Assembly: GCA_018699155.1 (NCBI GenBank)
Contig: JABIQA010000167.1
Span: forward strand, 6,699-70,698
DNA: 64,000 bases
DNA from: Chromatiales bacterium
GTDB taxonomy: Bacteria; Pseudomonadota; Gammaproteobacteria; Steroidobacterales; GCA-2729495
Direction of reading: 5' to 3'
The notes under the pieces are model-generated. The model saw only the letters and a program-made list of their open reading frames with translations. It made no database searches and was not told where the DNA came from. Position numbers and translations under genes: made by a program. Each line of letters starts with the position of its first letter. The stretch's first letter is position 1. Below are positions 32,002 through 41,712 of the stretch, piece after piece.

Positions 32002-33477
32002 ATGACTCAAAATCTTCAACCATCAGTAGGAATAAGCGGCCTTGCTCTGCATGTTCCGCCATATCGCGTTCGTCTGAAAGACTGGTGCGCATGGAACAAT
32101 GGCGACTGGTCAAAAATAAAAAACGTCATTGGTCACAGCTTCCGGATGCTGGGCCCTCAGCAAAGCGTTTATACAATGGCTGCCAACTCTGTGCTTCGAT
32201 TAATTGAACGCTACGAAATCGACCCACAGAACATTGGCTTTCTGGCGCTCGGAACAGAATCGAGTACCGACAACTCCGCTGGTGCCATTATTGTGAAAGG
32301 CATTGTCGATGAGGCATTAATTGCTCAAGGGAAACAGCCTCTCTCCCGACATTGCGAAGTGCCTGAGTTCAAACACGCTTGCCTCGGTGGCGTGTATGCG
32401 CTCAAAAATGGTCTGCGCTACTTGAGTTCTGACGGCAAAAACCAACAGGCTATTGTGGTCTGTTCAGATATTGCACTTTACGAATTAAATAGCTCGGGAG
32501 AACCCACTCAGGGCGCAGGTGCGGTAGCCATGCTGTTAGAAGCCAATCCTGCATTAGCAAGCATCGATCTAAATGAATCCGGTAGTGCATCCAGTTACCG
32601 AGCTGTCGATTTCCGCAAGCCTATTGCCTACAAAAACGGCACGGGCCAAATCGAAGCATGTCGGGATATCCCCGTATTCAATGGCAAGTACTCCACCAGT
32701 TGCTATGTGGATGAGGTGCTGCGGGCACTTGAACAGATGTATGAACGGCGCGAGCTGAAACCCGCCGAGTACCTGCGCTCACTGCCCAACTTATTTATGC
32801 ATCGGCCTTTCCGGCGCATGCCAGAAACCGGTTATGGCATGGCATGGCTGCATGCTCTCGCATCCGGCTCAGCTAAAGACCAAACTGTTCTGACAGGTTA
32901 CTGTGATGCGGCAGGTGTAAGCGCAGAGGACACGATTGTAGAAATCACCAGCTTACCTGACGTAGCCAGCCTGGCCACCAACGGTTGTATTGATGACGAA
33001 GTTTTCCCTTTGAGCACTAAAGTGCTCAGGGCGCTGCGCAAATTGGCTGATTTCAAAGATGTGGTCAGCGACAAGATGAGCCTCGGTGCCGACCCCATGA
33101 TGGATCTAGGCAATATCTACTCGGGCGCACTGCCCGCGTGGTTAGCAGCCGGCTTTGATCAAGCTATTGAACGCGGCGAAGATCTCAGCGGTGAAGAAAT
33201 ATTGTTGCTCGCTTACGGGAGCGGTGACGCCGCGGAAGCGATTCCCGCACGGGTCGTGCCGGGCTGGGAAAAAGCAGCGCGCAAAATTCACTTTGCTCAG
33301 GCTCTCGAAAACACTATCGACCTGACGCACGAGCAGTACCTCGCATTGCGTGACCGGGCAGATTCTGACGTTCTCGGATTTCCGGCAACCAATGAGAGCA
33401 TCGTTACTCATGTTGGTCACAACAAAGGCGCGGGATTTCAGGATGTTGGCATTGAGTACTACCGCTACATCCGCTAA
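32002..33477 (+). CDS. mvaS: Hydroxymethylglutaryl-CoA synthase family protein (long form, 491 aa)
   Basis: HMGS catalytic motifs occur in the correct order: LGTESSTD (Glu86), KHACLGG (Cys127), FMHRPF (His267), GNIYSGA (Asn371) and AYGSG. Confidence 0.8.
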   Translation: MTQNLQPSVGISGLALHVPPYRVRLKDWCAWNNGDWSKIKNVIGHSFRMLGPQQSVYTMAANSVLRLIERYEIDPQNIGFLALGTESSTDNSAGAIIVKGIVDEALIAQGKQPLSRHCEVPEFKHACLGGVYALKNGLRYLSSDGKNQQAIVVCSDIALYELNSSGEPTQGAGAVAMLLEANPALASIDLNESGSASSYRAVDFRKPIAYKNGTGQIEACRDIPVFNGKYSTSCYVDEVLRALEQMYERRELKPAEYLRSLPNLFMHRPFRRMPETGYGMAWLHALASGSAKDQTVLTGYCDAAGVSAEDTIVEITSLPDVASLATNGCIDDEVFPLSTKVLRALRKLADFKDVVSDKMSLGADPMMDLGNIYSGALPAWLAAGFDQAIERGEDLSGEEILLLAYGSGDAAEAIPARVVPGWEKAARKIHFAQALENTIDLTHEQYLALRDRADSDVLGFPATNESIVTHVGHNKGAGFQDVGIEYYRYIR

Positions 33478-33491
33478 AGATTGCGAACGAC

Positions 33492-34523
33492 TCAGTCGGT
33501 TCGCAATTCAACGCCCGGCACAGTCGGCGACCAATCTGGCAGCATTACTGCAGAATCAAAGTTAGCGGCAAACTGCTGGATTTTGGCTGTCGAGTCGCTG
33601 AACACTAAGCCAAAATCCCCGCCACCAGCCCCTGATGGTTTATAAACGGCGCCAATAGCCGCCGCACGATGTTCGAAATCAACATGCTCGGCAGAAAAAA
33701 TCCCCACAGCCGCTGCCTCATCCAAACGGTTTAATCCACAACGGTAAGTTGCCAAGAGGTCGAGCAACTCGGGCACGTTTTGTCGCTGCCACACTTCCTG
33801 AAAGCAGCCAGCAATCTGGGTTAACTCGCCAATCAGGCTTAGATACGTCGCCGGATTCGATTCACGCAGACCATCGAGGCGCTGCAACATCTGGCCGGTT
33901 GAAGCAGCATGACCTGTCCATACTGGCAGCATATAAAGCCCCTGTGGCCAGCTCAAAGCTTCGCTTTTCGGCGACCCCATCGCGTCAAGTTGAAATCGGA
34001 TTACGCCACCATGAAGGCTGGTTGCCACATCGATGCCGCTGCCCTTTCCGCCTTGAAACTGACGATGTACGTCATAGCAGAGTTGGTGCAAATCATCGGG
34101 CAATCCAAATAAAGCATGAAGCGCTGCCGTTAAACTCACGCAAACTGCAGCCGAAGAGCCCAGACCAAGCTTCTGCCCGTCGGTGGCAAGATAAAACTCA
34201 CTGCTATCGATTGAAATAACAACATCAGGCAATGCAGCCGGCAACCGCCCGACCAGCTGTTCAAGCAATACACGCAGCAGCTCGCCACGCTCAGCGGGAT
34301 CATTATCAGTAAACTCAAGGCTGCCGTCAGCCTGCCAGATAAACGGGAAGCGCTCGGTATCGCTGGTGGTTACCTCAAGTACGCTCTGGCCAATGGTGGC
34401 ACTTACGCTAACGCGCGAACGCCGGTTAACCGCTAGGGCAATGGCTGAAGCGCCATCAATCACCGCATACTCACCGGTAATTACCAACTTGCCCGGCGCA
34501 CTAACAGCAATAGACGGCATCAA
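33492..34523 (-). CDS. Phosphomevalonate kinase (ERG8/GHMP type)
   Basis: APGKLVITGEYAVIDGA is PMK-type (GEYAV rather than the GEHAV of mevalonate kinase). The GHMP motif KLGLGSSAAV is present. VWTGHAAST and KPSGAGGGDFG correspond to S. pneumoniae PMK GWTKEVAVS and KSSGAGGGDCG. Confidence 0.8.
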   Translation of the reverse strand: MMPSIAVSAPGKLVITGEYAVIDGASAIALAVNRRSRVSVSATIGQSVLEVTTSDTERFPFIWQADGSLEFTDNDPAERGELLRVLLEQLVGRLPAALPDVVISIDSSEFYLATDGQKLGLGSSAAVCVSLTAALHALFGLPDDLHQLCYDVHRQFQGGKGSGIDVATSLHGGVIRFQLDAMGSPKSEALSWPQGLYMLPVWTGHAASTGQMLQRLDGLRESNPATYLSLIGELTQIAGCFQEVWQRQNVPELLDLLATYRCGLNRLDEAAAVGIFSAEHVDFEHRAAAIGAVYKPSGAGGGDFGLVFSDSTAKIQQFAANFDSAVMLPDWSPTVPGVELRTD

Positions 34524-34526
34524 GAC

Positions 34527-35507
34527 TTAAGCCTTTGCAACAGGTTCAACCCAGGCGCCCTGCCCGAGTGTGCAATCCAGCGTCTGCAAAACCCCGGGAA
34601 CACTCTGTAAGCGCTCGCGCACGATTGCGGCAGCTTCGGGCAAACAAACGGCCTTAAGTTGAGGGCCTGCATCTACGGTAAAAAATACCGGAACACCATC
34701 AGCCCGAAGCTTCATTACCGCCTGCATGCATGCCAAAGTTGCGGGTGACCAATACAGCAATGGCGGTTGGGTGCTCATGGCAAGCGCATGCATCTTCAGG
34801 CAGTTGTGCTCGGCAAGATCTGCGAGGCGCATAAAATCCTTATCGGTAAAACACGAGAGCCCGTCGGCAAGATCCTGGGGATGACTGCTAACCCAGCCAT
34901 CGAAGTAAGGGGATGCCGCACGGCTCGATTCCATACCTGCAGTAGAACTGACGGCCTTCTTTTCCACGGAGGTTACCGCCACTATTACTTCCAACGGCCA
35001 GCGTGCCGGCTCGCTTACGCTAGAACATATTGTTTCACCGGGGCTGCTAGCAATATCCAACCACACCCCACCGGCAAATAAAGAGCGCGGTGCAGAACCC
35101 GAACCAAGCCTGGATATTCTTACCAGTTCCTGTGGCGACAGGCTTAAGCCAAGTGCTGCGGCACCGGCTACCGTAAGAGCTGCAAAACCGGAGGCCGACG
35201 AGGCCAACCCGGCGCCGGTCGGAAAGTCATTGGCTGATTCAACATTGGCAAACAAGGAAACGCCGGCGTGTTGGCGCAGTTCATCCAGGCAGCGAACCAT
35301 CCGCAAATCGGCAGCGGCATCAGCCTTACCATCAAGCAGCAATTGGTCCTGCTTGAGCTTTTCGCTGAATTCGATAGTGGTGCGGGTATGCAGACCACCC
35401 AGCGTGACAGATAACGAGCCGGTCGCCGGCAGATTCCTCTCAGTGTCGCTTTTACCCCAATACTTAATTAGAGCAACATTCGGATGCGCTACGGCCATGG
35501 CACGCAT
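34527..35507 (-). CDS. mvaD: Diphosphomevalonate decarboxylase
   Basis: AHPNVALIKYWGKSD...PATGSLSVTL is the canonical MVD N-terminus, and the GHMP motif GAGLASSASGFAAL is present. Confidence 0.85.
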   Translation of the reverse strand: MRAMAVAHPNVALIKYWGKSDTERNLPATGSLSVTLGGLHTRTTIEFSEKLKQDQLLLDGKADAAADLRMVRCLDELRQHAGVSLFANVESANDFPTGAGLASSASGFAALTVAGAAALGLSLSPQELVRISRLGSGSAPRSLFAGGVWLDIASSPGETICSSVSEPARWPLEVIVAVTSVEKKAVSSTAGMESSRAASPYFDGWVSSHPQDLADGLSCFTDKDFMRLADLAEHNCLKMHALAMSTQPPLLYWSPATLACMQAVMKLRADGVPVFFTVDAGPQLKAVCLPEAAAIVRERLQSVPGVLQTLDCTLGQGAWVEPVAKA

Positions 35508-35644
35508 GGATAAATTCCTTCGATAAACTCAGTGCGGGAGATTAAAGCAGGATTATAGCCTTGCATCGGTTAATATTGCCCCGATTCTCATACATAGTGC
35601 CGACTGTCGGCTTCTGAAGCCTTAACGCAAGCAGTTATTGACCA

Positions 35645-36547
35645 ATGAAAAATTCAATGCCATATAAAGATAAAATTAACACTTACACCCTGCGGGTCAA
35701 TGAGATGCTGGAACAGAGCCTGCCAAGTGCTGAGCTACCTCCCCGGCAGCTGCATGAAGCAATGCGCTACTCGGTGCTGGGTGGCGGTAAACGCGTCCGG
35801 CCCCTGCTCGTTTACGCTACCGGCGAAGCGCTCGGTATTGAGTCCTCGATCCTGGATGCGCCTGCCGCAGCCATAGAACTCATGCATGCGTTCTCGCTTG
35901 TGCATGACGATCTACCGGCCATGGATGATGATGACCTGCGGCGTGGCCAGCCAACGGTGCACATTAAATTTGATGAGGCCACAGCTATTTTAGCCGCCGA
36001 TGCCCTGCAACCATTGGCTTTTGAAATCCTTGCCGAAACCTCTGCAATGCGCGCACGTCCGGAAGCACAACGCCGCATTATCAGTGCTCTGGCCCGCGCC
36101 TGTGGCTCAAACGGTATGACCGGCGGTCAATCGATAGACCTTGCCTCTGAGGCCAAATCGTTGAATGCCGCGGAACTCGAACACATGTACCGACTGAAAA
36201 CCGGGCGACTGCTCTGGGTCAGCGTCATGTCCGCAGCCTACTGCGACCCGACCATGACCCCTGCCGGACTGCACTCACTAGAGCGCTTTATCGATGCGCT
36301 TGGTCTAGCCTTCCAGATCCGTGATGACATTCTCGATATAGAGGGCAGCAGCGATGTCATCGGCAAGCCGCAGGGTTCGGATCTGGAGCTCGACAAAGCA
36401 ACTTACCCTGCCCTATTTGGCATGCAGACCGCTAAAGACAGAACCCAGGAGCTACTTGAACTGGCGCTTGCATCCATTGAACATCTGGGAGAACCTGCAG
36501 ACATCTTGCGCTGGATCGGCAATTACATCGTTCAACGTGAAAGCTGA
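35645..36547 (+). CDS. ispA: (2E,6E)-farnesyl diphosphate synthase
   Basis: 300 aa with the first and second aspartate-rich motifs (LVHDDLPAMDDDDLRRG and FQIRDDILD). Confidence 0.9.
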   Translation: MKNSMPYKDKINTYTLRVNEMLEQSLPSAELPPRQLHEAMRYSVLGGGKRVRPLLVYATGEALGIESSILDAPAAAIELMHAFSLVHDDLPAMDDDDLRRGQPTVHIKFDEATAILAADALQPLAFEILAETSAMRARPEAQRRIISALARACGSNGMTGGQSIDLASEAKSLNAAELEHMYRLKTGRLLWVSVMSAAYCDPTMTPAGLHSLERFIDALGLAFQIRDDILDIEGSSDVIGKPQGSDLELDKATYPALFGMQTAKDRTQELLELALASIEHLGEPADILRWIGNYIVQRES

Positions 36548-36628
36548 AGCCAGGGGTAGAATGCACAAGGTCTCGAATCACTAACAAATCATTATCACTG
36601 ACAACTTTCGGATATTAGCCCGCCTGAT

Positions 36629-38377
36629 ATGTATACAAGCTTTTTCGGTCTGAACGAAAAACCCTTCTCGATCACCCCTGATCCGAGATACCTGTATATG
36701 AGCGCGCGACACACCGAGGCGCTGGCTCATCTGGTTTACGGCATCACTGAATCGGGCGGCTTTATCCAACTCACCGGTGAAGTTGGTACGGGTAAAACCA
36801 CACTTATTCGTGGCCTGCTGCAACAACTGCCAGAAAATGCAGACATTGCGCTGGTGTTGAATCCACAACTATCTCGGTCGGAGTTTCTGGCCGTGATTCT
36901 TGAGGAGCTGGGCATTCCGCCGGTGGAAAATCCAGAAAGCATCAAAGAGCTCCATTCCGCTCTCAATGTCTATCTGTTAGAAAACCACAGCCGTGGTAGA
37001 CGCACAGTATTGATTGTTGATGAAGCCCAGAATCTGGCCATCGATGTACTTGAACAAATCCGACTACTGACAAACCTCGAAACGGCACAAACCAAACTGC
37101 TACAGATCACTCTAATTGGCCAGCCTGAACTGCGTCAGGTTTTGTCGCGCAATGACTTAAGACAACTCGCACAGCGCATTACCGGCCGCTATCATCTGGA
37201 GCCGCTGAGCAAGAAAGATACCAGTGAGTATATTCAGCATCGAATTGCAGTTGCGGGCGGTAATGGCGCCATTTTTTCACCTGCAGCATGTCGCGAAGCC
37301 TTTAAGCTGTCGTATGGTGTCCCCAGAATTATCAATGTAATTTGCGACCGAGCATTACTGGGTGCTTATACGCAGGAAGAGTTGGTGGTGACGCCGGCAC
37401 TTATGCGCCAGGCGGCACGAGAAATTTACGACAACGGGCAGCACAATGAGTCTGTGTGGCTGCGCTGGCAGAAACCCCTTATTGCGTCAGCACTGGTTGC
37501 TGCACTGCTGCTCGGCGGTTGGTTAGGCTCGAGCCAACGTCCAGCACAATTCACCGCCAGATCAATTCCAGTTGCAGAAACTCTCCCGACGGAAACCTTA
37601 TCGCTGGCTAGTGACGAACAACTTCCTGAGGCTGAGCTAGCACTTCAACAAGAAACAGAGCAAGACGCTGCACAAGAAGACCTGTGGGAGCCGCCAGCAC
37701 AAGCCACTGAATCTATAGATGCACCGACTGAAGATAGCAACACCAAAACAGTGTCGCTGGATGAATTTCTGTTCAAGCACAAAGATTCAACAAACACCGC
37801 TGGAGCATTTAATACGCTGTTTAGTCTTTGGGGGGTGGCCTATGCGCCAGGCCCGGGAAACGCCTGTGACTTTGCCAGGGAGTACAACCTAAGCTGCACC
37901 TGGCAACAAGGAACACTCGCCCAACTGCAAGCACTCAACCGGCCTGCCATCCTGACGCTCCGGGACAACGATGGAGTTAGCCACAGTGTGTCCATCGTAA
38001 AGCTGAGCCCCACAATTGCGACACTCGAAATCAATCAGGAGCAGCTGGATATTCCGGTTGCAGAATTAAGTCCTGGATGGTTTGGCAGCTCGCTGTTGCT
38101 GTGGCAGTTACAAATTGATCCGGATAAATCCTTGGCTCCCGGCGAACGAAATGCTGGGGTTCCCTGGTTGCGTCAAAGCATAATGAACATTAGTGGCTGG
38201 AATCCGGGCGTGGTCTCAGACCCAGACTACTACGACGCCGCTCTCGCTAGTGAAGTAAAAAAATACCAACGCCAGCGACGCCTGAGTGTTGACGGCTTAA
38301 TTGGCGCGCAAACTCAAATTGCTATCAACACCGACTTAAATCTGCCGAACACGCCAATACTCGTGACGAGGAATTAA
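36629..38377 (+). CDS. gspA: ExeA/GspA-like AAA ATPase with a C-terminal peptidoglycan-binding domain
   Basis: The N-terminus FFGLNEKPFSITPDPRYLY and the Walker A motif GEVGTGKTT are present, followed by a TM segment. The C-terminal PG_binding_1-like motif is YQRQRRLSVDGLIGAQT. Confidence 0.8.
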   Translation: MYTSFFGLNEKPFSITPDPRYLYMSARHTEALAHLVYGITESGGFIQLTGEVGTGKTTLIRGLLQQLPENADIALVLNPQLSRSEFLAVILEELGIPPVENPESIKELHSALNVYLLENHSRGRRTVLIVDEAQNLAIDVLEQIRLLTNLETAQTKLLQITLIGQPELRQVLSRNDLRQLAQRITGRYHLEPLSKKDTSEYIQHRIAVAGGNGAIFSPAACREAFKLSYGVPRIINVICDRALLGAYTQEELVVTPALMRQAAREIYDNGQHNESVWLRWQKPLIASALVAALLLGGWLGSSQRPAQFTARSIPVAETLPTETLSLASDEQLPEAELALQQETEQDAAQEDLWEPPAQATESIDAPTEDSNTKTVSLDEFLFKHKDSTNTAGAFNTLFSLWGVAYAPGPGNACDFAREYNLSCTWQQGTLAQLQALNRPAILTLRDNDGVSHSVSIVKLSPTIATLEINQEQLDIPVAELSPGWFGSSLLLWQLQIDPDKSLAPGERNAGVPWLRQSIMNISGWNPGVVSDPDYYDAALASEVKKYQRQRRLSVDGLIGAQTQIAINTDLNLPNTPILVTRN

Positions 38378-38380
38378 GCC

Positions 38381-38974
38381 GTGTCGATTATCCTTGATGC
38401 ACTTCGAAAGTCAGAACACCAACGCCAGCGTAATGCCACACCGGGAATTGCGGACCATGTGGTTAAGCCGACTGGAAGCAAACGCGCGCCATGGCTAACG
38501 GCTATTTTTGTATTGCTTGCGCTTAACGGGGTATTTCTCACCGTGCTTTGGCTACAACAGGATGCGCAGCTTCCCTCTGGCGGGACGCCCCAACTGCGAC
38601 AAGCGCCCGTTCGCGAAAACACCCGGCCTGCCGCCAACAGCGCAACTGCCGAACAGCAGCTAATACCCGCGCCCGCAGCTAATGCTGCAGCCGCTGCAAC
38701 AGTTCGCATACCGAAAACCACACCGGCGCCAAGTAGCAATGAGCAACTGCCCTCAATGGAAACCCTGCAACTGAAGGGTGTCATTACACTGCCACCAATG
38801 CGCATCGATCTTCATGTATACAGTGAAGTTCCGGCAGAGCGGTTTGTCTTTGTGAACATGAAAAAACAGACTGAAGGGTCGCAGTTGCCGGAAGGCCCCA
38901 CGGTTGAAACCATTACTCCGGAAGGAGTTACCCTGTTTTGGCAGGGGCAACGTTTTGTGATGTCGAAAAACTAG
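38381..38974 (+). CDS. gspB: GspB/ExeB-like general secretion pathway protein
   Basis: MSIILDALRKSEHQRQ is the characteristic GspB N-terminus. One TM segment is present. It begins 4 nt after gspA and has a GTG start. Confidence 0.65.
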   Translation: MSIILDALRKSEHQRQRNATPGIADHVVKPTGSKRAPWLTAIFVLLALNGVFLTVLWLQQDAQLPSGGTPQLRQAPVRENTRPAANSATAEQQLIPAPAANAAAAATVRIPKTTPAPSSNEQLPSMETLQLKGVITLPPMRIDLHVYSEVPAERFVFVNMKKQTEGSQLPEGPTVETITPEGVTLFWQGQRFVMSKN

Positions 38975-39098
38975 TTGGCGTTTCCGGCAGCCTAACATTC
39001 CTTTAGCGAAAAACCTTTCCAACGTTTAAACGCGCGGGAAATTGCCCTGGTGAGAAAAGCCCTAATAAGGGCGCTCGTGCTAATCAACCGCGGCCCAA

Positions 39099-39881
39099 TC
39101 AGTCACGCAACCCAATGCCCTTATGAATGAGGTAATAACAGGTGACCGCAAACAGGACCAGAAATATCAGAATTACAGCAAATGCCGAGCCAATGCTGAT
39201 ATCAGACACCCCAATAATGCCATAACGGAAACCGTTTACCATATACAGAATCGGATTGAATTTGGAAAGACCGGCCCAAAAATCGGGCAATAGTGATGTG
39301 GTGTAAAACACGCCACCCAAATAGGTCAATGGCGCTAAAATAAAGGCCGGAATAATTGCGATATCATCAAATTTTCTGGCGAATATCGCGTTAATCATCC
39401 CCGCCATAGAAAATACCATGGCAGTAAGAATAAGGACCGCGAACGCAATAAACGGGTGCTTTACGTCAATCTCGGTAAAGAACAGCGTGACCACTGTAAC
39501 GATAGCACCTACGGCAAGGCCACGGACAACACCACCCATCACATGCCCAAGAATAATCACCCAGCCGCTTAACGGGGATACCAACATTTCTTGAAGGTAA
39601 CCTTGAAACTTTGCTCCAAAAAATGAAGACACTACGTTACCGTATGAGCTTGTAATAACCGACATCATAATCAAACCCGGTGCCATAAACTGCATGTAGT
39701 CGAAGCCGCCCATATCACCAATTCGCCGCCCGATAAGATTACCGAAAATGACGAAGTAGAGCGACATAGTGATTGCGGGTGGCACTATGGTCTGTACCCA
39801 GATTCGCGCAACACGCGAAGTCTCTTTGCGAACGATGGTGTACAAACCAACCAACTGAATTTTCAATGGGGCACCTGACAT
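39099..39881 (-). CDS. yadH: ABC-2 type transporter permease (YadH-like)
   Basis: 260 aa with 6 predicted hydrophobic segments. It overlaps the upstream ATPase gene by 1 nt (TAATG). Confidence 0.85.
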   Translation of the reverse strand: MSGAPLKIQLVGLYTIVRKETSRVARIWVQTIVPPAITMSLYFVIFGNLIGRRIGDMGGFDYMQFMAPGLIMMSVITSSYGNVVSSFFGAKFQGYLQEMLVSPLSGWVIILGHVMGGVVRGLAVGAIVTVVTLFFTEIDVKHPFIAFAVLILTAMVFSMAGMINAIFARKFDDIAIIPAFILAPLTYLGGVFYTTSLLPDFWAGLSKFNPILYMVNGFRYGIIGVSDISIGSAFAVILIFLVLFAVTCYYLIHKGIGLRD

Positions 39882-40819
39882 TAACGGTCACTCCCTTCAA
39901 TTGAGGCATCTTTGCGCTGTGTCAAACGTATGAACAGCTCTTCAAGGCGATTGGTTTTATTGCGCATACTTGAAACGGCAATGCCGCGCTCGTTTAACAG
40001 GCTAAAAAGGTCATTAATACTCTGGCCTTTGCCAACCTCTACCTCAAGCTCCGATTCACTTACCGAACGCACTTTAAAGTCCGCCAGAACCGGCGCAGCA
40101 TCAAGCGGATTAACTAAATCAAGAACGAAAACCTCCTGATGCAGCTTGCGTAGAATTGCCGACATCCGGTCGTTCTCAACAATTCTGCCATCGTCGATAA
40201 TCGCAATGTTGCGGCACAGGGTTTCTGCTTCCTCAAGATAATGGGTTGTCAGAATAATTGTCGTGCCCTGCTCATTGATTTCTTTCAGAAACCCCCACAT
40301 TGAACGACGAATTTCAATATCAACACCGGCAGTAGGCTCATCAAGAATCAATAGTTTTGGCGAGTGGACCAGTGCGCGTGCAATCATTAACCGGCGCTTC
40401 ATGCCGCCGGACAGACCCCGCGCCTGATCATCGCGACGATCCCATAGCTGAAGCTGACGTAACATCGCCTCCGTATGGACCGCTGCTTGCGAGCGCGGTA
40501 TGCCGTAGTAGCCGGCCTGATTCATCACGATGTCGTAGCAGCTCTCGTAGAGATTCATATTGATCTCCTGCGGCACAACACCAATGCATGCTTTCGCCGC
40601 GTAAATATCGTTATCGAGACTGTGACCAAATACTCGAATATCGCCGGCAGTTTTATTTACCAAAGAAGTGATGATTCCGATGGTGGTGGTTTTACCTGCG
40701 CCATTGGGCCCAAGGAGCGCAAAGAAATCGCCCTCTTCAACGTCCAGATCAATACCGCGTAGAGCCCGGATTCCGTTGGGGTAAGTTTTAGTAAGACTAT
40801 TTATCGCTAATGCTTTCAT
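39881..40819 (-). CDS. yadG: ABC transporter ATP-binding protein (YadG-like)
   Basis: The start is trimmed to the ATG at 40819 (MKALAINSLTKTY). It has Walker A GPNGAGKTT, the signature LSGGMKRR and Walker B LLILDEPT. Confidence 0.85.
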   Translation of the reverse strand: MKALAINSLTKTYPNGIRALRGIDLDVEEGDFFALLGPNGAGKTTTIGIITSLVNKTAGDIRVFGHSLDNDIYAAKACIGVVPQEINMNLYESCYDIVMNQAGYYGIPRSQAAVHTEAMLRQLQLWDRRDDQARGLSGGMKRRLMIARALVHSPKLLILDEPTAGVDIEIRRSMWGFLKEINEQGTTIILTTHYLEEAETLCRNIAIIDDGRIVENDRMSAILRKLHQEVFVLDLVNPLDAAPVLADFKVRSVSESELEVEVGKGQSINDLFSLLNERGIAVSSMRNKTNRLEELFIRLTQRKDASIEGSDR

Positions 40820-40925
40820 GCGGCACATTGTGAAGACCTTGTCGTCACAAACCAAGAGTCTTTCATTAATGCGGCAGTAGCACGGTCACCAAAAGGGTTG
40901 GCACGCGAACCATCTAAAATATTGG

Positions 40926-41537
40926 TCAGCCAAGAGTTCGCGCAACCAAGAGAGGTAATGCTGCCAACCTAGCTACGGTATTGGTCTCACTATCTGGCAA
41001 GTTTGCGACACGCACTAAATCCGGCCAGAAGCGCGGATCAGTAGTAAAGCGCGCCATTAATTTGCGCGGGGCCTGTTCAACAAGCTTACGGATTTCAATA
41101 AAACTCATTGCCGCAAGTGAAGCAATTGATTCCGGCCGCAAGCCTAAGAACAAGCGTGCCGCTGCTGTGTCACGACGGACCACCGACCAAATATAAGTTA
41201 GGAGGCCCGCCGCGAACACCTTAACCTCACTTTGCCAAACCGAAGATACCTCTTCGGATATGGCTACGTTTTGCTGGCGTCTCATGTCATGACAACCCAT
41301 GGGGGAATCTGCGCTTGAGGATAGCAGGGGCGCCAGTTCTACCAGCAGGCACGGAACCTCATCAAGGCTGCCGTAAACCGGGAAATCGGGTTCCCGCAGT
41401 GCCTGCAAGGAGTGCTGCGGCATACCGAACAGGCCTTCTATGTCTGGGGCATCCGGGTCGAGCATCAGCCTAATGAATTCTCGATTGAACTCGGCAATTT
41501 CAGGGTACACATCTAAATCAGGGAATTTAGCTCGCAT
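40926..41537 (-). CDS. Hypothetical protein with FlhD-like region(s)
   Basis: The C-terminal half (AAARLFLGLRPESIASLAAMSFIEIRKLVEQAPRKLMARF) aligns by eye with E. coli FlhD ([40 protein letters not shown]). The N-terminal half shows a weaker second copy. The gene is divergent from an flhC-like gene. Confidence 0.45.
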   Translation of the reverse strand: MRAKFPDLDVYPEIAEFNREFIRLMLDPDAPDIEGLFGMPQHSLQALREPDFPVYGSLDEVPCLLVELAPLLSSSADSPMGCHDMRRQQNVAISEEVSSVWQSEVKVFAAGLLTYIWSVVRRDTAAARLFLGLRPESIASLAAMSFIEIRKLVEQAPRKLMARFTTDPRFWPDLVRVANLPDSETNTVARLAALPLLVARTLG

Positions 41538-41565
41538 TCTAGGCGCTCCAGTACCAAAACAGATG

Positions 41566-41640
41566 ATTACTATATATGGGCTTTTTTAACCCTATTAGGA
41601 ACTATATTACTCTATATGGTCGAAAATCCACATATACGGT
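41566..41640. promoter_or_regulatory. Phased direct repeats in the divergent flhD-like/flhC-like control region
   Basis: ATTACTATATATGGG (41566-41580) and ATTACTCTATATGGT (41606-41620) match at 13 of 15 positions and are exactly 40 bp apart. A third core copy, CATATACGGT, ends at 41640, 20 bp further on. Confidence 0.4.
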
Positions 41641-41712
41641 ATATTTAGGTGTATTGGGCAGATTCAGGAAGAGGGCATAGCAATAATAATTACAACATCA
41701 TGAGGGATAACC

